64,000 nucleotides of DNA from an uncultured Candidatus Saccharibacteria bacterium (GTDB taxonomy: Bacteria; Patescibacteriota; Minisyncoccia; UBA6257; 2-01-FULL-56-20), in contig CAYLWL010000001.1 in assembly GCA_964387675.1 (NCBI GenBank), positions 1,099-65,098 of the forward strand, written 5' to 3'. The notes under the pieces are model-generated. The model saw nothing but the letters and a program-made list of their open reading frames with translations, ran no database searches and was not told where the DNA came from. How positions within the stretch are numbered: the first letter of the stretch is position 1; each line of letters begins with the position of its first letter. A program made the position numbers and the translations under genes. Positions 56,488 to 64,000 of this stretch are shown here, in pieces.

Positions 56488-57114
56488 GTAAAATCTTTGC
56501 GTCACCGCGAACTTTCGGGATAGCTTACAAACTGATTGATTATAGTACATAAACGAAAATAATTTTAGAGAGTCGGCTTTCGCGTAAACCAGTACGCCGA
56601 TGCCGTCTTTTTTCGATTCGATCCAACCTCCTTCTATTTTCGTGATATTCTGAATTTCCGACTTAACCCACTCTAAAAACCTTGGACTGGCGGAGCACAA
56701 TCTAATTCTTAGCTGCGGATATTTACTTTCGGGATGAGAAAAAAATCCGATGCTCCCATCTCCGTCAATACAACCACGGAAAAAATCAGCGAAGTATTCT
56801 TTCGGAATTTTTAACTCCGTAAGTGTCTTGGATTTTGCCGGTTTCAGACCTATGGTGGCCAGAAAATCGTAAAAATCCCTATCGCCAAATTGCACAACAA
56901 AATATTTCTTTTCCTTTGACCCACCCCTACTCTTGCGACCTATTCTGTTTGACAATCCCAGGCATAGCTTAAAAATGAGAACCAGTTCCTCGTCTTTGCT
57001 TGTAAAGTTAATATGTCTTCCGTCTATGGACAAATTCCCGTCGGTGGTTATTAGTCCTATGGCATAAGCGAATCTCGAACTCCACACAATTTTTACCTTT
57101 CTCATCCTGTGCAC
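56464..57114 (-). CDS. LAGLIDADG homing endonuclease (two-motif, single-chain)
   Basis: AYAIGLITTDGNLSIDG and FFRGCIDGDGSIG motifs. The 3' end of the ORF overlaps the 5' 24 nt of tRNA-Leu. Confidence 0.7.
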   Translation of the reverse strand: MHRMRKVKIVWSSRFAYAIGLITTDGNLSIDGRHINFTSKDEELVLIFKLCLGLSNRIGRKSRGGSKEKKYFVVQFGDRDFYDFLATIGLKPAKSKTLTELKIPKEYFADFFRGCIDGDGSIGFFSHPESKYPQLRIRLCSASPRFLEWVKSEIQNITKIEGGWIESKKDGIGVLVYAKADSLKLFSFMYYNQSVCKLSRKFAVTQRFYGRVAELV

Positions 57115-57221
57115 AGGTTTATTATACTAAACCACATAGCGTCTGCCAATGTTTTTGACAAACGGATTTCCGCGTGGTAATATGTTGGCAGCTCAACGTT
57201 GACAAGAAGGTGGAGGAAACA

Positions 57222-58325
57222 ATGTCTGCGAGATCCAGGCTTCTGTTTGTAATTGCCGTTCTTGCAACCGTCGTTGCTTTGAGATACGCCTACAACAGTT
57301 CCGCGATTACAGGGGCTATCTTTGGAGTTTTGAATCTCGCCTTTGTCGCTTTCGTCGTTCTTCTCGGCTTCGCTTCGTTTTGGCCAATCCCCGCAATCTG
57401 CTATGGAGAACGAAGATTTTGGGGTTGGAGAGATTCGCGCCTAGTGAGCGGTTGGACGTTCTGGATTCCCGAGAAACTCGGAGGAAGAATAGCAACTTTA
57501 TCGACCACGCCGCAGGAAGCAACGGGGAGTGTGGCTTTCACGACGAACGACACAATCTTCGAGAGCAGCAGGGCGAAGCCGCAAGTTATATGCGACTATT
57601 ACCTGAAATACAAAGCGGATCCGAACGTCAGAGATAGTGCCAAACGCAATGCCTTTCTCGGCACAACGCCAGCCGCCATCGAAAGAGAAATCAACGCGAC
57701 TCTGAAGGGGAAGCTTGGAAACCTCGGCGGAGTCATTGGAAGCAATGACTTTCTCGTGAACCGGAGCGCGATCGAGGACTTCATCCGCTGTACGCTCCAA
57801 ATGGAAGTACCGCCGCATAAACGCCACAATGGCTGCCGAGTTCCCGGTTGCAACTATGTGGGAACAAGAGAAATCCCGAGCGGAAAAATTCTGGATTTCT
57901 ACAACACCCACCGCGAGGCCATCGGCGAAGAAATCCGCACGGAAAAAAGTAGAGCCACAGACATGTCTGGAATCGAGAGAAGCAACGGCATAGACGTCGA
58001 ACTCTTCAAACTCGAGAAGGTCGACTTCTCCGAGGAAACCAAAAAGGCGCTCAACGAAGAAGAGGTTCAAAGAGCGCGCGCTCGAGGACTTGAGATTCAG
58101 CGCCTTGAAGCAAAGAAATTGATGGACACCCTTGTCGGGCTTTCACCGGAAGAAGCCCTAACGGGCACTCAAGCGGCCTTGCTCGGAACACCGCTCAAGG
58201 ACATCAGAGTAAGAGGCGGTGGTCAAGCGGTCATTATTGAGGGCGGCATCCCCGGCCTCGGCGGAGCAAGCGGAAAGGCAGATAAAGGCGGCTCGGGCGG
58301 TGGAGGCAGAGGAGGTCGGCGATGA
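57222..58325 (+). CDS. Hypothetical membrane protein with a C-terminal coiled-coil and a Gly-rich tail (possibly SPFH-like)
   Basis: SD aaggtggagg before ATG 57222. N-terminal transmembrane helices, then GGGQAVIIEGGIPGLGGASGKADKGGSGGGGRGGRR. Confidence 0.3.
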   Translation: MSARSRLLFVIAVLATVVALRYAYNSSAITGAIFGVLNLAFVAFVVLLGFASFWPIPAICYGERRFWGWRDSRLVSGWTFWIPEKLGGRIATLSTTPQEATGSVAFTTNDTIFESSRAKPQVICDYYLKYKADPNVRDSAKRNAFLGTTPAAIEREINATLKGKLGNLGGVIGSNDFLVNRSAIEDFIRCTLQMEVPPHKRHNGCRVPGCNYVGTREIPSGKILDFYNTHREAIGEEIRTEKSRATDMSGIERSNGIDVELFKLEKVDFSEETKKALNEEEVQRARARGLEIQRLEAKKLMDTLVGLSPEEALTGTQAALLGTPLKDIRVRGGGQAVIIEGGIPGLGGASGKADKGGSGGGGRGGRR

Positions 58326-58819
58326 CACCGACCCCTACCTCTCCGCAAGCGACACCGATTGTCTCAAGTCAGCGATTCGGAAAGATTTTCAAGCTGATTG
58401 TGGTCGCGGCTCTTGTGGCGATCTTCGGCAACTGGGCGGCGAAGAAAGCACAACAAGAAATGATCCGAGGAGAAGCAAACCGGACAACCGCGGCGCTCGT
58501 GCCGGAAATCACGCTCTCGTGCGGAGGCGAGAAGGAATACCCGCGGCTCCCATCCGTGCGGTCAATCGTGCTGATTCTCAACCAGACCGGCGCGCAATGT
58601 TCGACGGCTTGGCTGCGGCGGCCAAAGAACGCGACGAACCTGAACTCCGACCCGGAGGGTGATGTCAAAATGCAAATGGCTGTTGGCGAAGGGAAAACCA
58701 CGCCCTGGCTCGACGACAGTCCGCTCATTCACCGCTTCGAGGGCCGATCCCTCAATGCCGTGAGATATCAAAACCTCGGCGAGGAGCCGGTGAAGATTCT
58801 CCTCACCATCTACTACTAA
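58322..58819 (+). CDS. Hypothetical protein
   Basis: 165-aa ORF. The N-terminus has a transmembrane helix and cysteine pairs. Confidence 0.3.
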   Translation: MTPTPTSPQATPIVSSQRFGKIFKLIVVAALVAIFGNWAAKKAQQEMIRGEANRTTAALVPEITLSCGGEKEYPRLPSVRSIVLILNQTGAQCSTAWLRRPKNATNLNSDPEGDVKMQMAVGEGKTTPWLDDSPLIHRFEGRSLNAVRYQNLGEEPVKILLTIYY

Positions 58820-58825
58820 ACCAAA

Positions 58826-58850
58826 CCGCGCACATAGATATGTGCGCGGT
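58826..58850. terminator. Hairpin terminator between convergent genes
   Basis: ccgcgcacatagatatgtgcgcgg followed by a T-rich tract. Confidence 0.5.
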
Positions 58851-58879
58851 AAAACTTTCTTTTTTTAACGTAATCGGGC

Positions 58880-59239
58880 TTAGCAGCCCCCTACGGTCGT
58901 GCTGAATAAGCTACTCACGATGAGCGGCACGCCTCGCGCGAACAGCGCGACGACGATGGCTACCGCGGCGTAAATCAGTTGATGGCTCGCGCCCTTTACT
59001 TTCTCCGGATCGCCGGCCGCGGTCAAATACTTGAAAGCGGCAATCAAAACGAAGACAACCGCGGCGATAACAAGAAACGTGAAGAGCCAGCCAACGATGA
59101 CATTACAAACAAACGACTGAAGACCGCTCACGCTCGTGATCGGCGGCGGCGGCGCGGACTGCGCTCCCACGATAAGGGGCGACAGATACGAGACGGCGCT
59201 CGCGAATGGCGCGGTCAGCTTTTTAAAACTCTTAAACAT
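58880..59239 (-). CDS. VirB2/TrbC-like pilin-type small membrane protein (paralog 1)
   Basis: Signal/transmembrane segment, then KYLTAAGDPEKVKGASHQLIYAAVAIVVAL, then a second transmembrane segment. Confidence 0.5.
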   Translation of the reverse strand: MFKSFKKLTAPFASAVSYLSPLIVGAQSAPPPPITSVSGLQSFVCNVIVGWLFTFLVIAAVVFVLIAAFKYLTAAGDPEKVKGASHQLIYAAVAIVVALFARGVPLIVSSLFSTTVGGC

Positions 59240-59293
59240 AATGATAATCTGTGGTTTTCGACCTTTCAGAAAGTTTCTACTCAAAAAGTTGGG

Positions 59294-59713
59294 TTAACCG
59301 ATGATCGCGTCGCTGCCACCGCCCCCTCCGCCGCCGCAGTTAAATCCGGGAATAGTGCCTCCGGGGAATATGCTGGAGATTAATACCGGAAAGCCCTTGG
59401 CGATTAAAGCGACAACCACTGCCACGGCCGCGTAGGTTATGGTTTTGTGCGCCTTCGAAACTTTTTCGGAGTCGTCGCCTGCCCGAAGATAAATATACGC
59501 CGCCCATATAACCATAATGGCGGCGAGAGCTATCAAAATGGTGAACATCGTGTCAAAAACGGGGCAAAGAACTTTGCTCACAACATCCTGGGCTCCCCTT
59601 AACTCTATGGCGGCATAGGCGGAGGGAAAAAGCGCGAACTGGACAACGGCGAAAATAGCTCCCCGACCAACCCATTGATTCCTTGCGATAAAACCTAAAA
59701 TCCTGTTTCTCAT
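59294..59713 (-). CDS. VirB2/TrbC-like pilin-type small membrane protein (paralog 2)
   Basis: IYLRAGDDSEKVSKAHKTITYAAVAVVVAL, with a Gly-rich C-terminus. Confidence 0.45.
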   Translation of the reverse strand: MRNRILGFIARNQWVGRGAIFAVVQFALFPSAYAAIELRGAQDVVSKVLCPVFDTMFTILIALAAIMVIWAAYIYLRAGDDSEKVSKAHKTITYAAVAVVVALIAKGFPVLISSIFPGGTIPGFNCGGGGGGGSDAIIG

Positions 59714-59736
59714 TGCTTTTTAGTATAACACATTCG

Positions 59737-60069
59737 CTATTGAACTCCAAATATGCCGAAAATCAGGCCTTGCACGCTCTTTGCAAGGAGTATGACCACA
59801 AGCCCGATTGCCGCATAGAGTATGGTTTGTCTGCCTTTCGTGAACTTCTCCGGATCGCCGGCCGCGGTCATGATCTGGAAGCCGCCCCAGAGCACCATAA
59901 TGGCGGCAATCGGCCCGCCGATCACGAAGAGAAAATCGGTAATCTTGTCGGTGATGCAGGAAAGGTCGCATCCACTCAATGGATTTAAAAGTCCGCCCCC
60001 CACGTGCGTATCGGCGTAGGCCTTGTTGAATAGTCCCGAAAAATATAAACCTGTTTTCGCGAGCCACAT
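59737..60069 (-). CDS. VirB2/TrbC-like pilin-type small membrane protein (paralog 3)
   Basis: FQIMTAAGDPEKFTKGRQTILYAAIGLVVIL. Confidence 0.5.
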   Translation of the reverse strand: MWLAKTGLYFSGLFNKAYADTHVGGGLLNPLSGCDLSCITDKITDFLFVIGGPIAAIMVLWGGFQIMTAAGDPEKFTKGRQTILYAAIGLVVILLAKSVQGLIFGIFGVQ

Positions 60070-60080
60070 AGGTAACCTTA

Positions 60081-60596
60081 TTATAGCGCTCCGCCGCAAA
60101 AGCTCAAACCCCGCGAATCCTCGCCACGGGGCAAGCCATAGCCGGACAAATCCTCGGGCGACGCGCCAACCCAAACCTTGAGCTTGCAGGCGTCGGCTTC
60201 GTTTATTCCCAAAATTTCAAGAAAATCTTTTTCCGCCAAATGTCTGTTTGTGTCAAAGGGCGCGGCAGAAATGTAAACAGAGAAACCGCTTGTGTACGTG
60301 TCGTAATTAATCCCGAAGCCGTCTGTTGATGTTATAACAACAAATTGCTCTCTCGCCCCGACCGCGGTCTTGTAAAAGTTCTTCACCTCAACCGCGCCCC
60401 TTGGAGTTCCTATGGACAGCATATCCCCTTCGGGAATGCTGGCCAATCGAGAAACGACGGAGCTGATTTCTCCGGCGACGCCGCCAGACGATCCGCCGGT
60501 CGAATCGGATCCTCCAAACAAGATCTTCGAAATAAAAAATCCTGCGGCTGTTACAAAAACGATTGCTGTTGCGACGAAGATTGTTTTCTTGCTCAT
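60081..60596 (-). CDS. Hypothetical secreted or membrane-anchored protein
   Basis: N-terminal transmembrane/signal segment, followed by a Gly/Ser-rich linker. Confidence 0.35.
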   Translation of the reverse strand: MSKKTIFVATAIVFVTAAGFFISKILFGGSDSTGGSSGGVAGEISSVVSRLASIPEGDMLSIGTPRGAVEVKNFYKTAVGAREQFVVITSTDGFGINYDTYTSGFSVYISAAPFDTNRHLAEKDFLEILGINEADACKLKVWVGASPEDLSGYGLPRGEDSRGLSFCGGAL

Positions 60597-60606
60597 GTCC
60601 TTATGT

Positions 60607-61407
60607 TTATCGAGGCGGCACCACCACGTCCCAGTGGTTGCTCTCGAGCGCGTAAATCGCCCCGCTCGGAGCCCGGTACATCTTCGCTCCGTCGCTTCTG
60701 TCGGGAAGCTGTTGGTAGTTGTTTCGAATATAGTTTGTTAACGCCGAACCCCCGTCCCGACTGCGCAAATCTACTTTATAACCGTTCGCGTGACTCACGG
60801 CACCCGACTCGTGTTCGCCGCCCGTCGCCGAAGTAACCGTAACTTCGCAAGAAGCGTTTGCGGCTTTGCAGGCATTCGTAAGGCGGATAACTTCGTCCAC
60901 GGTGCCTTGTTTGAGGCCCGCCAATCTGATCGGGCCGTTCACGGCAACACCCGCGTTGCGGAACTGGTCGTAGGATTGTTGCTGACTCAACCCAAGTCCG
61001 GCGGGGCTGCCGCCGCCAGCATCTCCACTCGATCCGCCGCCCGCCGGAATCGGCGAAAGCGCGGGCAGGGAAAGCTTGGTGAGATCGGGATTAATGATGT
61101 TCAAAATGAAGTACGCTCCGAAAAGCAGAAGTAATCCCGAGATCGCGCCCTGGATCCATTCTTTCCCTTCGGTCTGTCCGGAGGGATTGCCAGCGGCGGT
61201 CATATATTTCACTCCCCCGAAGATAATCGCGCCCAGCGCCAGTACGCCGGAGATCATCAGGGCAAAGTTGTAAAGCTGCGCTATAAATTCATTGGGTTGC
61301 GGAGCCGCCGAAAGGCCCGGGAGGCCAATGTTGATATGAACCTGCGCGAAAGCGGAGTATAGCGGCGCTGAAAATAAAACAATGGCCAGGGCAAGGCGCC
61401 TTTTCAT
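60607..61407 (-). CDS. Pilin-like N-terminal domain fused to a C-terminal extracellular domain (paralog 4)
   Basis: Signal peptide MKRRLALAIVLFSAPLYSAFA, then VKYMTAAGNPSGQTEGKEWIQGAISGLLLL, then about 150 aa more. ATGA overlap with the upstream gene. Confidence 0.45.
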   Translation of the reverse strand: MKRRLALAIVLFSAPLYSAFAQVHINIGLPGLSAAPQPNEFIAQLYNFALMISGVLALGAIIFGGVKYMTAAGNPSGQTEGKEWIQGAISGLLLLFGAYFILNIINPDLTKLSLPALSPIPAGGGSSGDAGGGSPAGLGLSQQQSYDQFRNAGVAVNGPIRLAGLKQGTVDEVIRLTNACKAANASCEVTVTSATGGEHESGAVSHANGYKVDLRSRDGGSALTNYIRNNYQQLPDRSDGAKMYRAPSGAIYALESNHWDVVVPPR

Positions 61408-61871
61408 TGGGAACTTTGGGGCACTTGGCAATTCAACGCCGAGGTGATCCCTGGCAGATCGACCCCCAAGAACGTGACGATTGATTTGATCACCACAAAC
61501 GCCAGCAAGACGATCACCATCCCGATGAGCGTCCCCCGTAAAATCTTTTTGCCGGTTTCGATGTTCCCCGGATTCGCGCCGGCCGTCAAAATCAGAATGC
61601 CGCCCCACGCGAACAAAATCGGCGTCAGGGCGAAAAGCGCGATCGTCATAACAAAGTAGATGATATTGACTCCCGTGTCGATGAAATCGCAGAAACTTTT
61701 GCAGGCGTTCGGATTCGTAGCCGGGTCGCCGTGGCAAGAGAGAAGTCCGCTATCGGGAAAACCCCAAAAACCCAAAGGGAAGATGCTCTGCGCGCGATGC
61801 GCGGTATCGGCGAAAACCAGATACGGCGCGGCCACCAAAAGCAGTAAGATTGAGAATATGACTTTTCTCAT
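61404..61871 (-). CDS. VirB2/TrbC-like pilin-type small membrane protein (paralog 5)
   Basis: Signal peptide, then LILTAGANPGNIETGKKILRGTLIGMVIVLL. Confidence 0.45.
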   Translation of the reverse strand: MRKVIFSILLLLVAAPYLVFADTAHRAQSIFPLGFWGFPDSGLLSCHGDPATNPNACKSFCDFIDTGVNIIYFVMTIALFALTPILFAWGGILILTAGANPGNIETGKKILRGTLIGMVIVLLAFVVIKSIVTFLGVDLPGITSALNCQVPQSSQ

Positions 61872-61940
61872 GAAAATGTGATACTAATCATACGAATTAG
61901 TATTACTTGTATCATTGGTATGCATTTGCATATTGGTATC

Positions 61941-63269
61941 TCATTTACTCGTCATCAACTGGCTCGCTTGGTCTTGCGCCTGCCGTAACGCGTGTTCCGA
62001 ATCCGCTTTTCCGCTTAACACCCTCGTTATCGCGTCATTTATTATTCTATCAATAATCTCGTCGTCCGCCTCGTGCCACGACTGGGCGGTAAGCGCCTGC
62101 CTCACGAAAACTCCCATATCCGGATCGTCCAGTTTTTGGGCGATGAGAGATCGGAGGGCGGGCGGGTGGCCGGTTGCGTCAAGATATAATTTCGAAGCGT
62201 CGGGGTTTGTCGTCGCGAAAAGCGCGAAATCCCATGCCCAACCGATGGATTTGCTCTGTTTTGAAACCGCGAGGCCCCAGTAACGAGGGTAGTTCACGCC
62301 GGTCTCCGACCCCGTGGGTTGGAGCATCGGAGCAACCGCGACATTCAGGAATGGGCTCTTGCCCCCGATCTTGTCAATCGCCGATTTGTAATTGAACACA
62401 ATAGCCGTCTTGCCGTTCGCGAAACTGTCGATCGAATTCTGTTGGGCATCATTCCAGGTGTACCGGGGCGAACCGGCATTCGCAAATTGAAGATAAAAGT
62501 TGAAAGCGGCCAGTCCCGGATTTTTGTTGTCGTCCCGCGCCGAAGCAAAAGTGGCCGACGAAAAGTTGTTGGTTGTCATCTGCGTGCCGTTTTGAAGCAT
62601 CAAGAGAACCAGAAGATCGACTCCCGCATCAACGCTTTGCTCGGAGCCGCCGATCGCCGCGGCCGCTCTCACGATTTGCCCGCTCTCATTCAACGTCTTG
62701 AGCCGCGGCACGATAGAGAGAAATTCATCCCATGTTTTCGGCGGAAAAACGATCGCGGCTTGGTTGAAGAGGTCTTTATTGTAGATCGTCGCCATCGTGT
62801 CCACGTACAGCGGGAGAGCGAAAATCTGCTTTGCCTCGCCTGTGGCGGGGCTCCCGGAAGCCGACACGAAGTCCTGTTCCGCAACCGCGGGGAAAAAATT
62901 TCTGAATCCCGCAAGCCCCAACTGCGCCGGCAAAATCGGGTACAATTTATTCATGTGCTTCGGCAGGGCCCTATTTCTGACATAGAGCACGTCTGGTCCG
63001 GCGCCTTCGGCCAATGCGTCAACCAGAACGCCATCGTACTTCGCGGGATCAATCTCTTTATAGGTTACTTGAACGTTTGGTCTGAACGCCTTGTAGCTCT
63101 GAATAACTTTTTCTATGGCCGCGGAGCTCTCGGTGCCCCAAAAATTCAAAGACACCTGCTCCCTAACCCCGCTGTCGCGGCGAACGTTAAGGCCAACAAC
63201 AACGAAGATAAGGATGAAGACAACGGCGATGCCCGCGAGTATGAAGATTTGTTTCTGGGAAAGTTTCAT
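61941..63269 (-). CDS. ABC transporter substrate-binding protein (sugar-type, SBP family 1)
   Basis: N-terminal transmembrane/signal anchor. 442 aa with an extracellular solute-binding pattern. Confidence 0.6.
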   Translation of the reverse strand: MKLSQKQIFILAGIAVVFILIFVVVGLNVRRDSGVREQVSLNFWGTESSAAIEKVIQSYKAFRPNVQVTYKEIDPAKYDGVLVDALAEGAGPDVLYVRNRALPKHMNKLYPILPAQLGLAGFRNFFPAVAEQDFVSASGSPATGEAKQIFALPLYVDTMATIYNKDLFNQAAIVFPPKTWDEFLSIVPRLKTLNESGQIVRAAAAIGGSEQSVDAGVDLLVLLMLQNGTQMTTNNFSSATFASARDDNKNPGLAAFNFYLQFANAGSPRYTWNDAQQNSIDSFANGKTAIVFNYKSAIDKIGGKSPFLNVAVAPMLQPTGSETGVNYPRYWGLAVSKQSKSIGWAWDFALFATTNPDASKLYLDATGHPPALRSLIAQKLDDPDMGVFVRQALTAQSWHEADDEIIDRIINDAITRVLSGKADSEHALRQAQDQASQLMTSK

Positions 63270-63372
63270 GGAGTATTCGCGAATAACGCTAATTTTTATT
63301 TAATAATGCGAATTTGGTTTCCGGTTCCATTCGCGTTATTACCCGGTATTATTCGCGTTATTAGCGATTACT
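63270..63372. repeat. Intergenic repeat family L1, copy B (inverted relative to copy A), abutting the SBP start codon
   Basis: ggagtattcgcgaataacgctaatttttatttaataatgcgaat...attcgcgttattagcgattactc is about 85% identical to the reverse complement of 2968-3059. Confidence 0.75.
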
Positions 63373-64000
63373 CTAGATAATAACGGTTCCCGCGAGCCGA
63401 TCTCCCGCCTTGAGGTTCATAATTTTGACGCCTTGGGCGGAGCGGCCCGTCGCGCGAACGGACTCGATGCTCGTCCTGATCATCTGGCCCTTTTGAGAGA
63501 GGGCGAATATTTCTTTTTCATCGCCGACAATATGAGCTGAAACCAGGGGGCCTGTCTTGGGAGTAATGTTCGCTGTTCGTATGCCGGATCCGCCGCGACT
63601 CTGCACTTTGTATTCCTTGAGCGCGGTCTGTTTGGCAAAACCGTTCGACATTACGACAAGCAAGCGCGAAGAGCCGGTGGCAATCTCTTTGCCCCCCGCT
63701 CCCTGCTCTTTGCTCTTTATTATATCAAAGCCCGCCACCTCGTCGTCTTTTTTGAGGCGCACGGCCCGCACGCCGGCGGCCGTCCGGCCCATCGCGCGGA
63801 TTTGCGCCTCCTTGAATCTGATCGACTGGCCAAGCTTGGTGGTAAGCATCACTTGATCGTTGCCGCTCGACAGCTTCACCCAGCGGAGCGCGTCTCCTTT
63901 TTTAAGGGAGATGGCGATGATTCCGGTGCGCCTGATATTTTCAAAATCCTCAAGCGACGTCTTCTTGATAAGGCCTTTTTTCGTGACCATAACTAAGTAA
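63373..64000 (-). CDS. gyrA: DNA gyrase subunit A, C-terminal beta-pinwheel domain (the gene continues beyond the window)
   Basis: Repeated blade motifs (...GRTAAGVRAVRL..., ...GRSAQGVKIMNL...). There is no in-frame stop upstream of 63990 before the window edge. Confidence 0.7.
   Translation of the reverse strand, partial: YLVMVTKKGLIKKTSLEDFENIRRTGIIAISLKKGDALRWVKLSSGNDQVMLTTKLGQSIRFKEAQIRAMGRTAAGVRAVRLKKDDEVAGFDIIKSKEQGAGGKEIATGSSRLLVVMSNGFAKQTALKEYKVQSRGGSGIRTANITPKTGPLVSAHIVGDEKEIFALSQKGQMIRTSIESVRATGRSAQGVKIMNLKAGDRLAGTVII

Noticed and set aside
1-64000. CRISPR arrays
   Set aside because: None were found. The only regular repeats are heptad or octamer tandems without spacers, and dispersed 100-150-bp repeats.

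Overview
This window looks like a bacterial chromosomal segment, possibly from a small-genome CPR/Patescibacteria-like lineage; that attribution is only a guess from the gene content. It is roughly 50% GC, with one island of about 68% GC at 43.4-44.9 kb. Position 1.7-13.3 kb holds a cell-envelope glycan locus. It encodes a GT4 and two GT2 glycosyltransferases, a polyprenyl-phosphate sugar phosphotransferase, an epimerase, a Wzx-like flippase, and a GDP-heptose-type sub-pathway (hddC-like, gmhA, hddA-like). Directly next to it, at 13.4-18.3 kb, is a complete diversity-generating retroelement (DGR). It has a reverse transcriptase with the DGR-specific motifs. A 127-bp template repeat (TR) and a matching variable repeat (VR) differ only at TR adenines. 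The VR sits at the 3' end of a 634-aa target gene. An Avd-like four-helix-bundle gene lies on the opposite strand, a second four-helix-bundle paralog lies upstream, and a DEDDy exonuclease lies in between. Housekeeping genes fill much of the rest: ftsK, recA, rpsO-NYN-pnp, xerC/D-like, ftsH, glyA-folD, dcd, a C-terminal gyrA fragment, and five tRNAs (His, Val, Pro, Arg, Leu). Also present are a free-standing LAGLIDADG homing endonuclease that overlaps tRNA-Leu, a tandem cluster of five VirB2/TrbC-like pilin paralogs, and a run of giant low-complexity charged proteins. Several families of conserved 100-150-bp intergenic repeats are present, with MITE-like or structured-RNA-like features and covarying hairpins. 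Many of these repeats sit directly against start codons. Short tandem heptad repeats also lie immediately upstream of several start codons. Two genes carry tandem repeats with a unit length that is not a multiple of three.
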